18,744 bases of DNA, from the NCBI GenBank assembly GCA_036676495.1, contig JAKFCT010000073.1:1-18744 (forward strand), written 5' to 3'. Below are positions 1-6,372 of this stretch, piece by piece. The position numbers and the translations under genes were made by a program. Each line of letters opens with the position of its first letter. Positions within the stretch are counted from its first letter, which is position 1. Origin of the DNA: Candidatus Sericytochromatia bacterium. Lineage in GTDB: Bacteria; Cyanobacteriota; Sericytochromatia; S15B-MN24; UBA4093. The notes under the pieces were generated by a model. The model saw only the letters and a list, made by a program, of their open reading frames with translations, ran no database searches and had not been told where the DNA came from.

Positions 1-288
1 CGTGTAGACGTCCTCACCGCCCAGCGCCAGCTGCGAGTAGAAGAGGTTCTCTCCCTGCTTGGCGGAGAACTCGAGGCGCGAGTTCTTCTGGAAGAGGTAG
101 ATCTTGTTCTTGTCGCGGATGGCATCGTTGCTGAGCTCGCCGAGGCCCATCAGGTTCATCCGGCCGCCGACGCCGATCTCCACGTCACCCGTCTTGGCCA
201 CCTCGGTGATGGCCAAGCTCGGCGCGCTCATCCCGACCAGGACGACGGCCGAAAGCATACTTCCCCAAACAAACGTCTTCGAACTCAT
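1..288 (-). CDS. 5' part of a secreted, probably outer-membrane porin-like protein (runs off the window)
   Basis: Not in the ORF track; translated by hand from ATG at 288: MSSKTFVWGSMLSAVVLVGMSAPSLA-ITEVAKTGDVEIGVGGRMNLMGLGELSNDAIRDKNKIYLFQKNSRLEFSAKQGENLFYSQLALGGEDVYT. Open to position 1, Sec signal ending SLA, purine-rich RBS (GGAAGG) upstream. Alternating beta-strand pattern and 'xGGRxxx...RLxF' resemble porin N-termini. Product call is tentative. Confidence 0.7.
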   Translation of the reverse strand, partial: MSSKTFVWGSMLSAVVLVGMSAPSLAITEVAKTGDVEIGVGGRMNLMGLGELSNDAIRDKNKIYLFQKNSRLEFSAKQGENLFYSQLALGGEDVYT

Positions 289-313
289 TGGCTTCTTCCT
301 TCCCGCACTCAGC

Positions 314-342
314 GGTATCCGGGGTGTTTGGTATCCGGGGTG
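314..342. repeat. 13-bp perfect direct repeat GGTATCCGGGGTG x2
   Basis: Copies at 314-326 and 330-342 separated by TTT, about 25 nt upstream of the porin-like start codon. Confidence 0.9.
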
Positions 343-641
343 AACGTGAGCCACCCCCTTCGGCGTCGATTATCAGTTCCGGCGGGACGACTTCCTACCG
401 TAGTTTCCCCTGAAGATGGGTATTTGGCGGCGGCCTCGGGCAAAAGTCGGTAGTTTTCGCCCACGCGCGTGTTACGCAACGCGAATTACCGCCACGGACT
501 ACGTAAAAACCCCGCTTTTCGGCAATTCACCGAGTATTCCGCAAAAAGTCCGGATGCAGCCGGGGGGCAAGTGGCCGAAGATGATCTCGGAAGCCGCAGC
601 AACGGCAAGTCAAGGCAATAACGGCAAGGGAGAATAAGCAC

Positions 642-1235
642 ATGTTCGCAAGCAAGAAAATGGTCGCAGGTCTCGTGATGATGGGAACGCTCGTGGGCCT
701 CAGCCCCGCCGCCCTGGCCGCCGGGGTAGAGTTCCAGCCCTCGAGCAAGATCCTTTTCGAGGGAGACTCGACGCTCCACGCTTACAAGGCCACCGCGAAG
801 TCCTGGCAGATCAAGGCGACCGTGACGCCCGGCAAGGACGTCAAGATCGGCGACATCACCGAGCTGGAGGTCGTGATCCCCGCGAAGAGCCTGAAGTCGC
901 ATGACGGTGCGCTGGACAACAACATGTACGGCGCGATGAACGCCGACAAGCACCCCAACATCAAGTTCGTCATGAGCAACGCCAAGGTGAACACGACGAG
1001 CTCCGGGGACATCGAGGTGACGGCCGACGGCACCCTGACCATCAACGGCCAGGAGCGCTCGACCAAGCTCGTGGCCAAGGGCGAAGTGGACGGCAACACC
1101 GTCAAGATCAAGGGCAGCAAGGAAATGAAGATGAGCGATTTCGGCGTCAAGCCCCCCGTGCTGATGTTCGGCGCCATCAAGGTCACCGACAAGATCACCG
1201 TGAAGTACGACCTGGTCGGCAAGATCACCGACTAG
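642..1235 (+). CDS. YceI-family (polyisoprenoid/lipid-binding) secreted protein
   Basis: 197 aa; signal peptide ending ALA; motifs 'GDSTLH', 'LKS..GALDNNMY.AMNADKHPNIKF', 'GTLTING', 'MSDFGVKPP..MFG.IKV.D.I.V.YDL'; RBS AGGGAG. Confidence 0.9.
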   Translation: MFASKKMVAGLVMMGTLVGLSPAALAAGVEFQPSSKILFEGDSTLHAYKATAKSWQIKATVTPGKDVKIGDITELEVVIPAKSLKSHDGALDNNMYGAMNADKHPNIKFVMSNAKVNTTSSGDIEVTADGTLTINGQERSTKLVAKGEVDGNTVKIKGSKEMKMSDFGVKPPVLMFGAIKVTDKITVKYDLVGKITD

Positions 1236-1258
1236 CCTCAATCCCCCCATCCTTGCCG

Positions 1259-1287
1259 AGGCCCCGCCTGGAATCCAGGCGGGGCCT
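1259..1287 (+). terminator. Perfect GC-rich hairpin after yceI-like gene, likely terminator or mRNA stabiliser
   Basis: AGGCCCCGCCTGGA-A-TCCAGGCGGGGCCT, 14-bp inverted repeat; no strong U-tract. Confidence 0.6.
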
Positions 1288-1340
1288 ACTCGGGAGGAGG
1301 CCTCTGCCGCGCCGCGCGCGGAATGACGATCGCTTGAGGA

Positions 1341-1369
1341 TTCCGTCGCGGCGGTTTCGGTGCTATTCT
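1341..1369 (+). promoter_or_regulatory. Putative sigma70 promoter of the zinc-ribbon gene
   Basis: TTCCGT (1341-1346), 17-bp spacer, extended -10 TG-C-TATTCT (1361-1369); implies a start near 1376 and a ~150-nt leader. Confidence 0.55.
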
Positions 1370-1397
1370 AGGGGGCGATTCGACGCGCTGCGCGATC

Positions 1398-1525
1398 CGG
1401 CCGACTCGTCCCGACGAGCCCGCCGGAGAGCCCCAAGCAGGCCAGGGTGGCCTGACGACGGGCTCGTCAACGGGGGTCTGCGTGAGTTGGCGCGGACCCG
1501 GTTTGGTCAATTAGGAGTTGGACCG
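1398..1525 (+). promoter_or_regulatory. Structured 5' leader, candidate cis-regulatory RNA
   Basis: Stems 1413-1422/1459-1468 (10 bp perfect), 1439-1444/1448-1453 and 1474-1483/1490-1499 (with G-U pairs); 1401-1407 is complementary to GAGTTGG at both 1484-1490 and 1515-1521 (overlapping the SD). Confidence 0.65.
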
Positions 1526-1526
1526 T

Positions 1527-1820
1527 ATGTACACCGAGCAAACGATCACCTGTGCCGATTGCGGCACCCAGTTCCCCTTCACGGCTTCCGAGCAGCAGTT
1601 CTACGCCGAGAAGGGCTTCACCAGCGCCCCGCGGCGCTGCAAGTCGTGTCGCGCCGCCGCCAAGGCGGGCCGCGGCGACACCGGCGCGAGCCGGGGCGGC
1701 TACGGCGCGCCTCGCGAGATGCACGAGGCCGTCTGCAGCTCCTGCGGCGTCACGACCCAGGTCCCCTTCAAGCCGAGCGGCGCAAAGCCCGTCTACTGCC
1801 GGGACTGCTTCCGCCGCTAG
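1527..1820 (+). CDS. Double zinc-ribbon protein (zf-trcl-type N-domain plus CxxC-x17-CxxC C-domain)
   Basis: 97 aa from ATG 1527 (SD AGGAG 1513-1517; the ORF-track TTG start abuts the SD). 'CADCG..F.FTASEQ.FY.EKGF..P.RC..CR' and 'REMH.AVC..CG....VPFKP....PVYC.DCF' joined by a Gly/Arg-rich linker. Confidence 0.92.
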   Translation: MYTEQTITCADCGTQFPFTASEQQFYAEKGFTSAPRRCKSCRAAAKAGRGDTGASRGGYGAPREMHEAVCSSCGVTTQVPFKPSGAKPVYCRDCFRR

Positions 1821-1879
1821 GCCCCTTCCTCCCATCCAGTCCGACTCCTAGCTCGAAAGAACCAAGACCGGGCGTTCTA

Positions 1880-1920
1880 CCCAGCGGGTTGCCAACTGGC
1901 AACCCGCTGGGCTTTTTCTT
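1880..1920 (+). terminator. Rho-independent terminator
   Basis: CCCAGCGGGTTGCCA-AC-TGGCAACCCGCTGGG followed by CTTTTTCTT. Confidence 0.9.
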
Positions 1921-2008
1921 GGCCCCCGCACGCATGATCTCGCCAGATCCGGGCGATAACCCATTCGCAGGCGAGGGGCTCGGCGATTGGCCCGGTCAGT
2001 TGCTTTGC

Positions 2009-2017
2009 TGCTATGAT
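2009..2017 (+). promoter_or_regulatory. Extended -10 element upstream of the MFS gene
   Basis: TG-C-TATGAT about 60 nt before the start; no well-spaced -35. Confidence 0.45.
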
Positions 2018-2079
2018 GAGCGTGATTCCACACATCACGCCGACGTTTCTCTGTCAGCCATCCCGCACAAGGAGTGTCC

Positions 2080-3597
2080 GTGGCCACCAAATCACCCCCC
2101 ATCGCAAGCCCAGCCCCCCAGCGGCAGAGCTTCCTGGAACAGGTCCGTTCCTTCGACCGGTCCTACTGGGCCTGCAACCTCATGGAGCTCATCGAACGCT
2201 GGGCCTATTACGGCGTTCGCACCGTGCTCTCCCTCTACATCGTGGATGCCGTCTCCCGCGGAGGCCTCGAGTTCACCCACATCCAGAAGGGCAGCATCTA
2301 CGCCTGGTGGGCCCTCGTCCAGTCGTTGCTCCCCCTCTTCACCGGAGGCTTCGCCGACCGCTACGGCTACAAGAAAACCGTCGCCTTCTCGATCACCATC
2401 AAGATCGTCGGCTACCTCCTGATGGCCACCCAGCACACCTACTGGGGCTTCTTCCTGGGCTGCATGCTGCTCGCCACGGGCACGGCCATCTTCAAGCCAG
2501 GCGTCCAGGGCATCATCGCCAACTCCACCAAGGACAGCAACGCCTCGGTCGGCTGGGGCATCTTCTACGCCATGGTCAACGTCGGCGGCTTCATCGGCCC
2601 CTGGACGGCGGGCTACCTGCGCATCATGGACTGGTCGTACGTCTTCTACTGCAACGCCGCCCTGGTCGCGCTCAACTTCCTGATCCTGCCGTTCTTCAAG
2701 GAGCCCGCACGCCCTCACTTCGAGGCCGGCACCGCCAAGAACCCCTTGCAGGAAGCCGCCCAGATCCTGGTGGTCTCCGTGAAGAACGTCTTCGAGCCCC
2801 GGCTCGCGGCCTTCCTCGTGATCTTCTCGGGCTTCTGGCTGATGTTCATGCAGCTCTTCGACCTGCTGCCCAACTTCATCGACGACTGGGTCGACTCCTC
2901 GGCTCTGCTGCTGAACTTCGGCCAGCTCGTCGGCAACCAGGGCCTGGTCGAGGCGGCCCGGGCCGGCCAGCAGATCCAGCCGGAGTGGATGATCAACATC
3001 GACGCCGGCGCGATCGTCTTCCTGATGGTCCCCATCGCGGCCCTGTTCAGTCGCATGAAGGCCCTTCACTCGATCATCTGGGGCATCCTGGTCTCGGTCA
3101 TCGGCATCGTGCTCGCCGGTGCCTCGATGAACGGCGCCCTGGTCGCCTTCGGCATCCTGATCTTCGCGATCGGCGAGATGATGTCGAGCCCCAAGAAGAT
3201 GGAGTACCTCTCCGAGATCGCCCCGCCCGACAAGAAGGGCCTGTACATGGGCTACGCCAACGTGCCGCTCGCCATCGGCTGGGGCATCGGCTCCTCGCTG
3301 GGCGGCTACCTTTACCAGCACTTCGGCGACAAGGTGACCCTCGCCAAGCAGTACATGGCCACCAAGCTGAACATGAGCCCCGAGATGATCGACGCCCTGC
3401 CCAAGGATCAGGTCATGACCACCCTGGCGGCTCAGCTCGGCAAGACGCCTCGCGAGGCCACCGAGCAGCTCTTCGCGGTCTACCAGCCCCAGCAGCTCTG
3501 GTACGTCTTCGGAGCCATCGGCCTGGCCTCCATGATCGGCCTGATCATCTACGACCGGGTCATCACCCGCCGCGACGCCCGCAAGGCCGCCGCGTAA
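2080..3597 (+). CDS. MFS transporter, POT/PTR-like (proton-coupled di/tripeptide)
   Basis: 505 aa from GTG 2080 (SD AAGGAG 2069-2074). ExxER motif 'ELIERWAYYG', MFS motif A 'GGFADRYGYKK', 'FYAMVNVGGFIGP', 'IGEMMSSPK'; about 12 hydrophobic segments. Confidence 0.92.
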   Translation: MATKSPPIASPAPQRQSFLEQVRSFDRSYWACNLMELIERWAYYGVRTVLSLYIVDAVSRGGLEFTHIQKGSIYAWWALVQSLLPLFTGGFADRYGYKKTVAFSITIKIVGYLLMATQHTYWGFFLGCMLLATGTAIFKPGVQGIIANSTKDSNASVGWGIFYAMVNVGGFIGPWTAGYLRIMDWSYVFYCNAALVALNFLILPFFKEPARPHFEAGTAKNPLQEAAQILVVSVKNVFEPRLAAFLVIFSGFWLMFMQLFDLLPNFIDDWVDSSALLLNFGQLVGNQGLVEAARAGQQIQPEWMINIDAGAIVFLMVPIAALFSRMKALHSIIWGILVSVIGIVLAGASMNGALVAFGILIFAIGEMMSSPKKMEYLSEIAPPDKKGLYMGYANVPLAIGWGIGSSLGGYLYQHFGDKVTLAKQYMATKLNMSPEMIDALPKDQVMTTLAAQLGKTPREATEQLFAVYQPQQLWYVFGAIGLASMIGLIIYDRVITRRDARKAAA

Positions 3598-3623
3598 GCG
3601 CAAGCCAGGCTCACCTGATCCCC

Positions 3624-3663
3624 AGCCGCCGCGATGCCGAGTGCCTCGCGGCGGCTTCCGTTT
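3624..3663 (+). terminator. Probable intrinsic terminator
   Basis: AGCCGCCGCGA / TCGCGGCGGCT 11-bp stem followed by TCCGTTT. Confidence 0.7.
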
Positions 3664-3727
3664 GAGGGCATGAAAGCAGGCTTGATACTCGATCAACCGA
3701 CCCGTAACACGGGAAACAGGCCAGGAT

Positions 3728-3753
3728 GGAACAATTGCGTCTCGGGAGTCGTT
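3728..3753 (+). promoter_or_regulatory. Putative ECF-sigma promoter
   Basis: GGAAC (3728-3732)-N17-CGTT (3750-3753), 50 nt upstream of ATG 3804. Confidence 0.55.
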
Positions 3754-3803
3754 CGACAAGTAGGCAGCCTAACGATAGGGCCCCTACCGAAAGGAGATCG
3801 AAG

Positions 3804-4187
3804 ATGCTCAAGCCCCTCATGCTGGCAGCAATCGCGGCTGGATTCACCGCGCTCGCGGCGGCCCCCGCCTCCGCAGCCGTGGATGCCCAGCTCATCATCC
3901 AGCCTCGTATCGTGATCGGAAACCCGCAGCCGGTGGTCGAGCGCCGGGTCGTCGTGGAGCGCGAGCGTCCAGTCGTCCGGGAGCGCGTGATCATCGAGCG
4001 CCGCCCCATCGTGAGGGAGCGGGTCGTGATCGTGGAGAAGCACCCGGGCAAGAAGTTCCGCAAGGAGCACCGCCACCCCCACGAGTACCGCCGGGCGTAC
4101 GACGAGCGGCGGGACTCCCGTGCTCACTGGGATCACCCGGCTCACTGGGATCACCCGGGAGAGCAGGTCGTGGTGATCCGCCGCTAG
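3804..4187 (+). CDS. Small secreted hypothetical protein with Val/Arg/Glu repeats and a His-rich tail
   Basis: 127 aa from ATG 3804 (SD AAGGAG 3791-3796); signal peptide MLKPLMLAAIAAGFTALAAAPASA; GC-rich third codon positions like neighbouring genes. Confidence 0.8.
   Translation: MLKPLMLAAIAAGFTALAAAPASAAVDAQLIIQPRIVIGNPQPVVERRVVVERERPVVRERVIIERRPIVRERVVIVEKHPGKKFRKEHRHPHEYRRAYDERRDSRAHWDHPAHWDHPGEQVVVIRR
4122..4157 (+). repeat. Perfect 18-bp tandem duplication encoding AHWDHP x2
   Basis: GCTCACTGGGATCACCCG at 4122-4139 and 4140-4157, in frame. Confidence 0.92.
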
Positions 4188-4207
4188 TCCCGGCCAGGAA
4201 TTCCAGG

Positions 4208-4246
4208 AGCAGCGAGCACCGGGGTGAGACCCCGGTGCTCGCTGCT
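4208..4246. terminator. Hairpin between convergent genes, likely bidirectional terminator
   Basis: AGCAGCGAGCACCGGGGT-GAG-ACCCCGGTGCTCGCTGCT, 18-bp perfect stem. Confidence 0.75.
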
Positions 4247-4263
4247 TGGATGGGCCCCTGGGG

Positions 4264-5574
4264 CTAGAGGCAGGCGCAGAGCTCCGTCTCGCCGCCGCTC
4301 AGGTCGTTGGGGTGATGGGCGGTCCAGTTCAGGCGGGAGCGGTAGGCCTCGAAGTTACGGATCGGCCGGCGCGCGAGGCCGGCGTCCATGGCGGCCTTGG
4401 CGACGGCCGAGGCCACCCACGTGAGCGCCCGGGGGTCGAAAGGCTTGGGGATGATGTAGTCGGGACCGAAGGCGAGAGGGGTCTCATCGTAGGCCTCGTA
4501 GACCTCGGGGGGGACCTCCATCTTGGCCAGTTCCGCCAGCGCATGGACGGCGGCAAGCTTCATCTCGTCGCTGATGCTGTGCGCCCGGACGTCGAGCGCC
4601 CCGCGGAAGATGTAGGGAAAGCAGAGGACGTTGTTGATCTGGTTGGGAAAATCGGAGCGGCCGGTGCCCATGAGGATGTCGGGGCGCGCGGCCTTGGCCA
4701 CGTCGTAAGGGATCTCGGGCTCGGGGTTGGCGAGGGCGAAGACGATGGCGCGCGGGGCCATCGAGCGGATCATGTCGGCGCTGACCAGCCCGTGGGTCGA
4801 GAGGCCCACGAAGACGTCCGCTCCGACCATGGCCTCGGCCAGGGTGCGGTGGGGAGTCTCAACTGCGAACTCGGTGATGTAGGGATTCATCCGCTCGGTG
4901 CGGCCCTGGTAGATGACGCCGCCCGAGTTCACCATGAGCAGGTTCTCGCGGCGCACGCCGAGCTTGAGGAAGAGCTTGGCGCAAGAGACGGCCGCGGCCC
5001 CGGCACCGCTGAAGACCACCTTGGCCTGCGCGATGTCGCGCTGCGTCAGCTCGAGCGCGTTGAGGAGGGCCGCCGAGGTGATGATGGCCGTCCCGTGCTG
5101 GTCGTCATGGAAGACGGGGATGTCGAGTTCGGCCTTGAGGCGCTCCTCGATCAGGAAGCACTCGGGGGCCTTGATGTCCTCGAGGTTGATGCCACCGAAG
5201 GTGGGGGAGATCGCCTTCACCGCCTGGATGAAGCGCTCGGGGTCCTCCTCGGCGACCTCGATGTCGAAGACGTCGATGTCCGCGAACCGCTTGAAGAGAA
5301 TACCCTTTCCCTCCATGACGGGCTTGCCGGCCAGCGGGCCGATGTTGCCCAGGCCGAGCACGGCCGTCCCGTTGGTGATCACGCCGACCAGGTTGCCTCG
5401 CGCCGTGTACTCGTACGCGGTCTCCGGATCGTGCGCGATCTCGAGGCAAGGCTCCGCCACCCCGGGGGAATACGCCAGCGACAGGTCACGCTGGGTCAGG
5501 CAGGGTTTGGTCGGGGTCACGGCGATCTTGCCCTTGCGACCGCAAGAATGATAGGTCAATGCGTCCATGATCAT
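4264..5574 (-). CDS. maeB: NAD(P)-dependent malic enzyme, MaeB-type catalytic part without the PTA domain
   Basis: 436 aa; '[14 protein letters not shown]', '[21 protein letters not shown]', '[14 protein letters not shown]', 'FHDDQHGTA', 'GAGAA', '[17 protein letters not shown]', '[14 protein letters not shown]'; SD AAGGAGG. Confidence 0.93.
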   Translation of the reverse strand: MIMDALTYHSCGRKGKIAVTPTKPCLTQRDLSLAYSPGVAEPCLEIAHDPETAYEYTARGNLVGVITNGTAVLGLGNIGPLAGKPVMEGKGILFKRFADIDVFDIEVAEEDPERFIQAVKAISPTFGGINLEDIKAPECFLIEERLKAELDIPVFHDDQHGTAIITSAALLNALELTQRDIAQAKVVFSGAGAAAVSCAKLFLKLGVRRENLLMVNSGGVIYQGRTERMNPYITEFAVETPHRTLAEAMVGADVFVGLSTHGLVSADMIRSMAPRAIVFALANPEPEIPYDVAKAARPDILMGTGRSDFPNQINNVLCFPYIFRGALDVRAHSISDEMKLAAVHALAELAKMEVPPEVYEAYDETPLAFGPDYIIPKPFDPRALTWVASAVAKAAMDAGLARRPIRNFEAYRSRLNWTAHHPNDLSGGETELCACL

Positions 5575-5601
5575 GGCGCGTTCCTCCTTTTCCTGCCGGT
5601 C

Positions 5602-5663
5602 ATTATAGTCCGAATAAATTCCGGTGAAATCGAAGAATCCCCTGATTTACCGGAATATTTTCG
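5602..5663 (-). promoter_or_regulatory. Malic enzyme promoter with an overlapping long inverted repeat
   Basis: Perfect TATAAT on the minus strand (5602-5607); imperfect inverted repeat CGAATAAATTCCGGTGAAATC (5611-5631) / GATTTACCGGAATATTTTCG (5644-5663). Confidence 0.65.
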
Positions 5664-5844
5664 AAGCATTTGAGCATGTCCGCCGATTCGATCGCAAGAA
5701 CCTGCCGGATCAAGCAAAACCCCGGAGGAACCCGTAGAAACTACCTGAAAACCAAACATTTACTCGAATATGCTCACCATTCGAGCGAATGTCCCGCCGT
5801 GGCCCGGGCCTCCCTCCATGCGCCGGATCCTCGCACCTCCTTAG

Positions 5845-5939
5845 AGCGATCGTCGTTGCTGCAGGACAGCGAGCTTTAGCATTCAGCTCCAACCCATGCG
5901 GCTCACGGCTAACGCTCGCTGTCTTACGCAACAGCCGCT
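5845..5939. other. Long imperfect rod-like hairpin in an intergenic region
   Basis: Nested pairings AGCG/CGCT, GTTGC/GCAAC, GACAGCGAGC/GCTCGCTGTC (5865-5874/5914-5923), TTAGC/GCTAA, AGC/GCT. Confidence 0.7.
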
Positions 5940-5947
5940 GGCACTAG

Positions 5948-5976
5948 CGGAAGGGTGGCTCGATGCCACCCTTCCG
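5948..5976 (-). terminator. Hairpin downstream of the zf-TFIIB gene
   Basis: CGGAAGGGTGGC-TCGAT-GCCACCCTTCCG, 12-bp perfect stem about 20 nt after the stop; no U-tract. Confidence 0.6.
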
Positions 5977-5995
5977 TCACCCGGAGTATGGTTGT

Positions 5996-6298
5996 CTAGT
6001 CGAAGTCGAAGAGCTCACCCAGGAAGGACTTGGGCTTCTTTTTCTTGTAGCCGTAGCCGTCGCGATGAGACTCCTCGTGGCGGTGACGCGAGGGTGGCGG
6101 ATACGAGGGAGCTTGCGGCGGATAAGCGGGCTGAGGATCGGCGACCTTGGCAGCCGTCCCCACGGATGCGGAACGCTCGATGATCTTGTCGAGCTCGCCG
6201 CGGTCCAGCCAGACGCCGCGACACTGGGGACAGTAATCGATCTCGATGCCCTGGCGATCGGTCATCAGGAGCGCCACGTTACAGATGGGACAGTTCAT
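5996..6298 (-). CDS. zf-TFIIB-type zinc-finger protein
   Basis: 100 aa from ATG 6298 (SD AAGGAGG): 'MNCPIC...DRQGIEIDYCPQCRGVWLDRGELDKIIER...KKKKPKSFLGELFD'. Confidence 0.92.
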   Translation of the reverse strand: MNCPICNVALLMTDRQGIEIDYCPQCRGVWLDRGELDKIIERSASVGTAAKVADPQPAYPPQAPSYPPPSRHRHEESHRDGYGYKKKKPKSFLGELFDFD

Positions 6299-6372
6299 CG
6301 AAGCCTCCTTTGGTTGTTTCCCCATGGTCGCATATCTCGCCGGGGAGGTCCAACCCGAGGCTCCGATCTTCG

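Noticed and set aside
1420-1460. GGAGAG in the leader as a glycine riboswitch, or GGCGAT near 1374 as a fluoride riboswitch
   Set aside because: The partner conserved elements (CCGAAG and CUCUCAGG for glycine; GGCGAUGG..UUCGCC for fluoride) are missing.
4122-4157. Short direct repeats as CRISPR repeats
   Set aside because: Only two adjacent copies with no spacer, inside a coding frame; no cas genes.
5871-5906. GAGCCGCATG on the minus strand as a group II intron domain V
   Set aside because: No GNRA-capped stem or AC bulge, and no intron ORF or other domains nearby.
5855-5932. Long hairpin as an integron attC site
   Set aside because: The AAC and GTT boxes are not arranged as outer R''/R' ends, and there is no cassette array or integrase.
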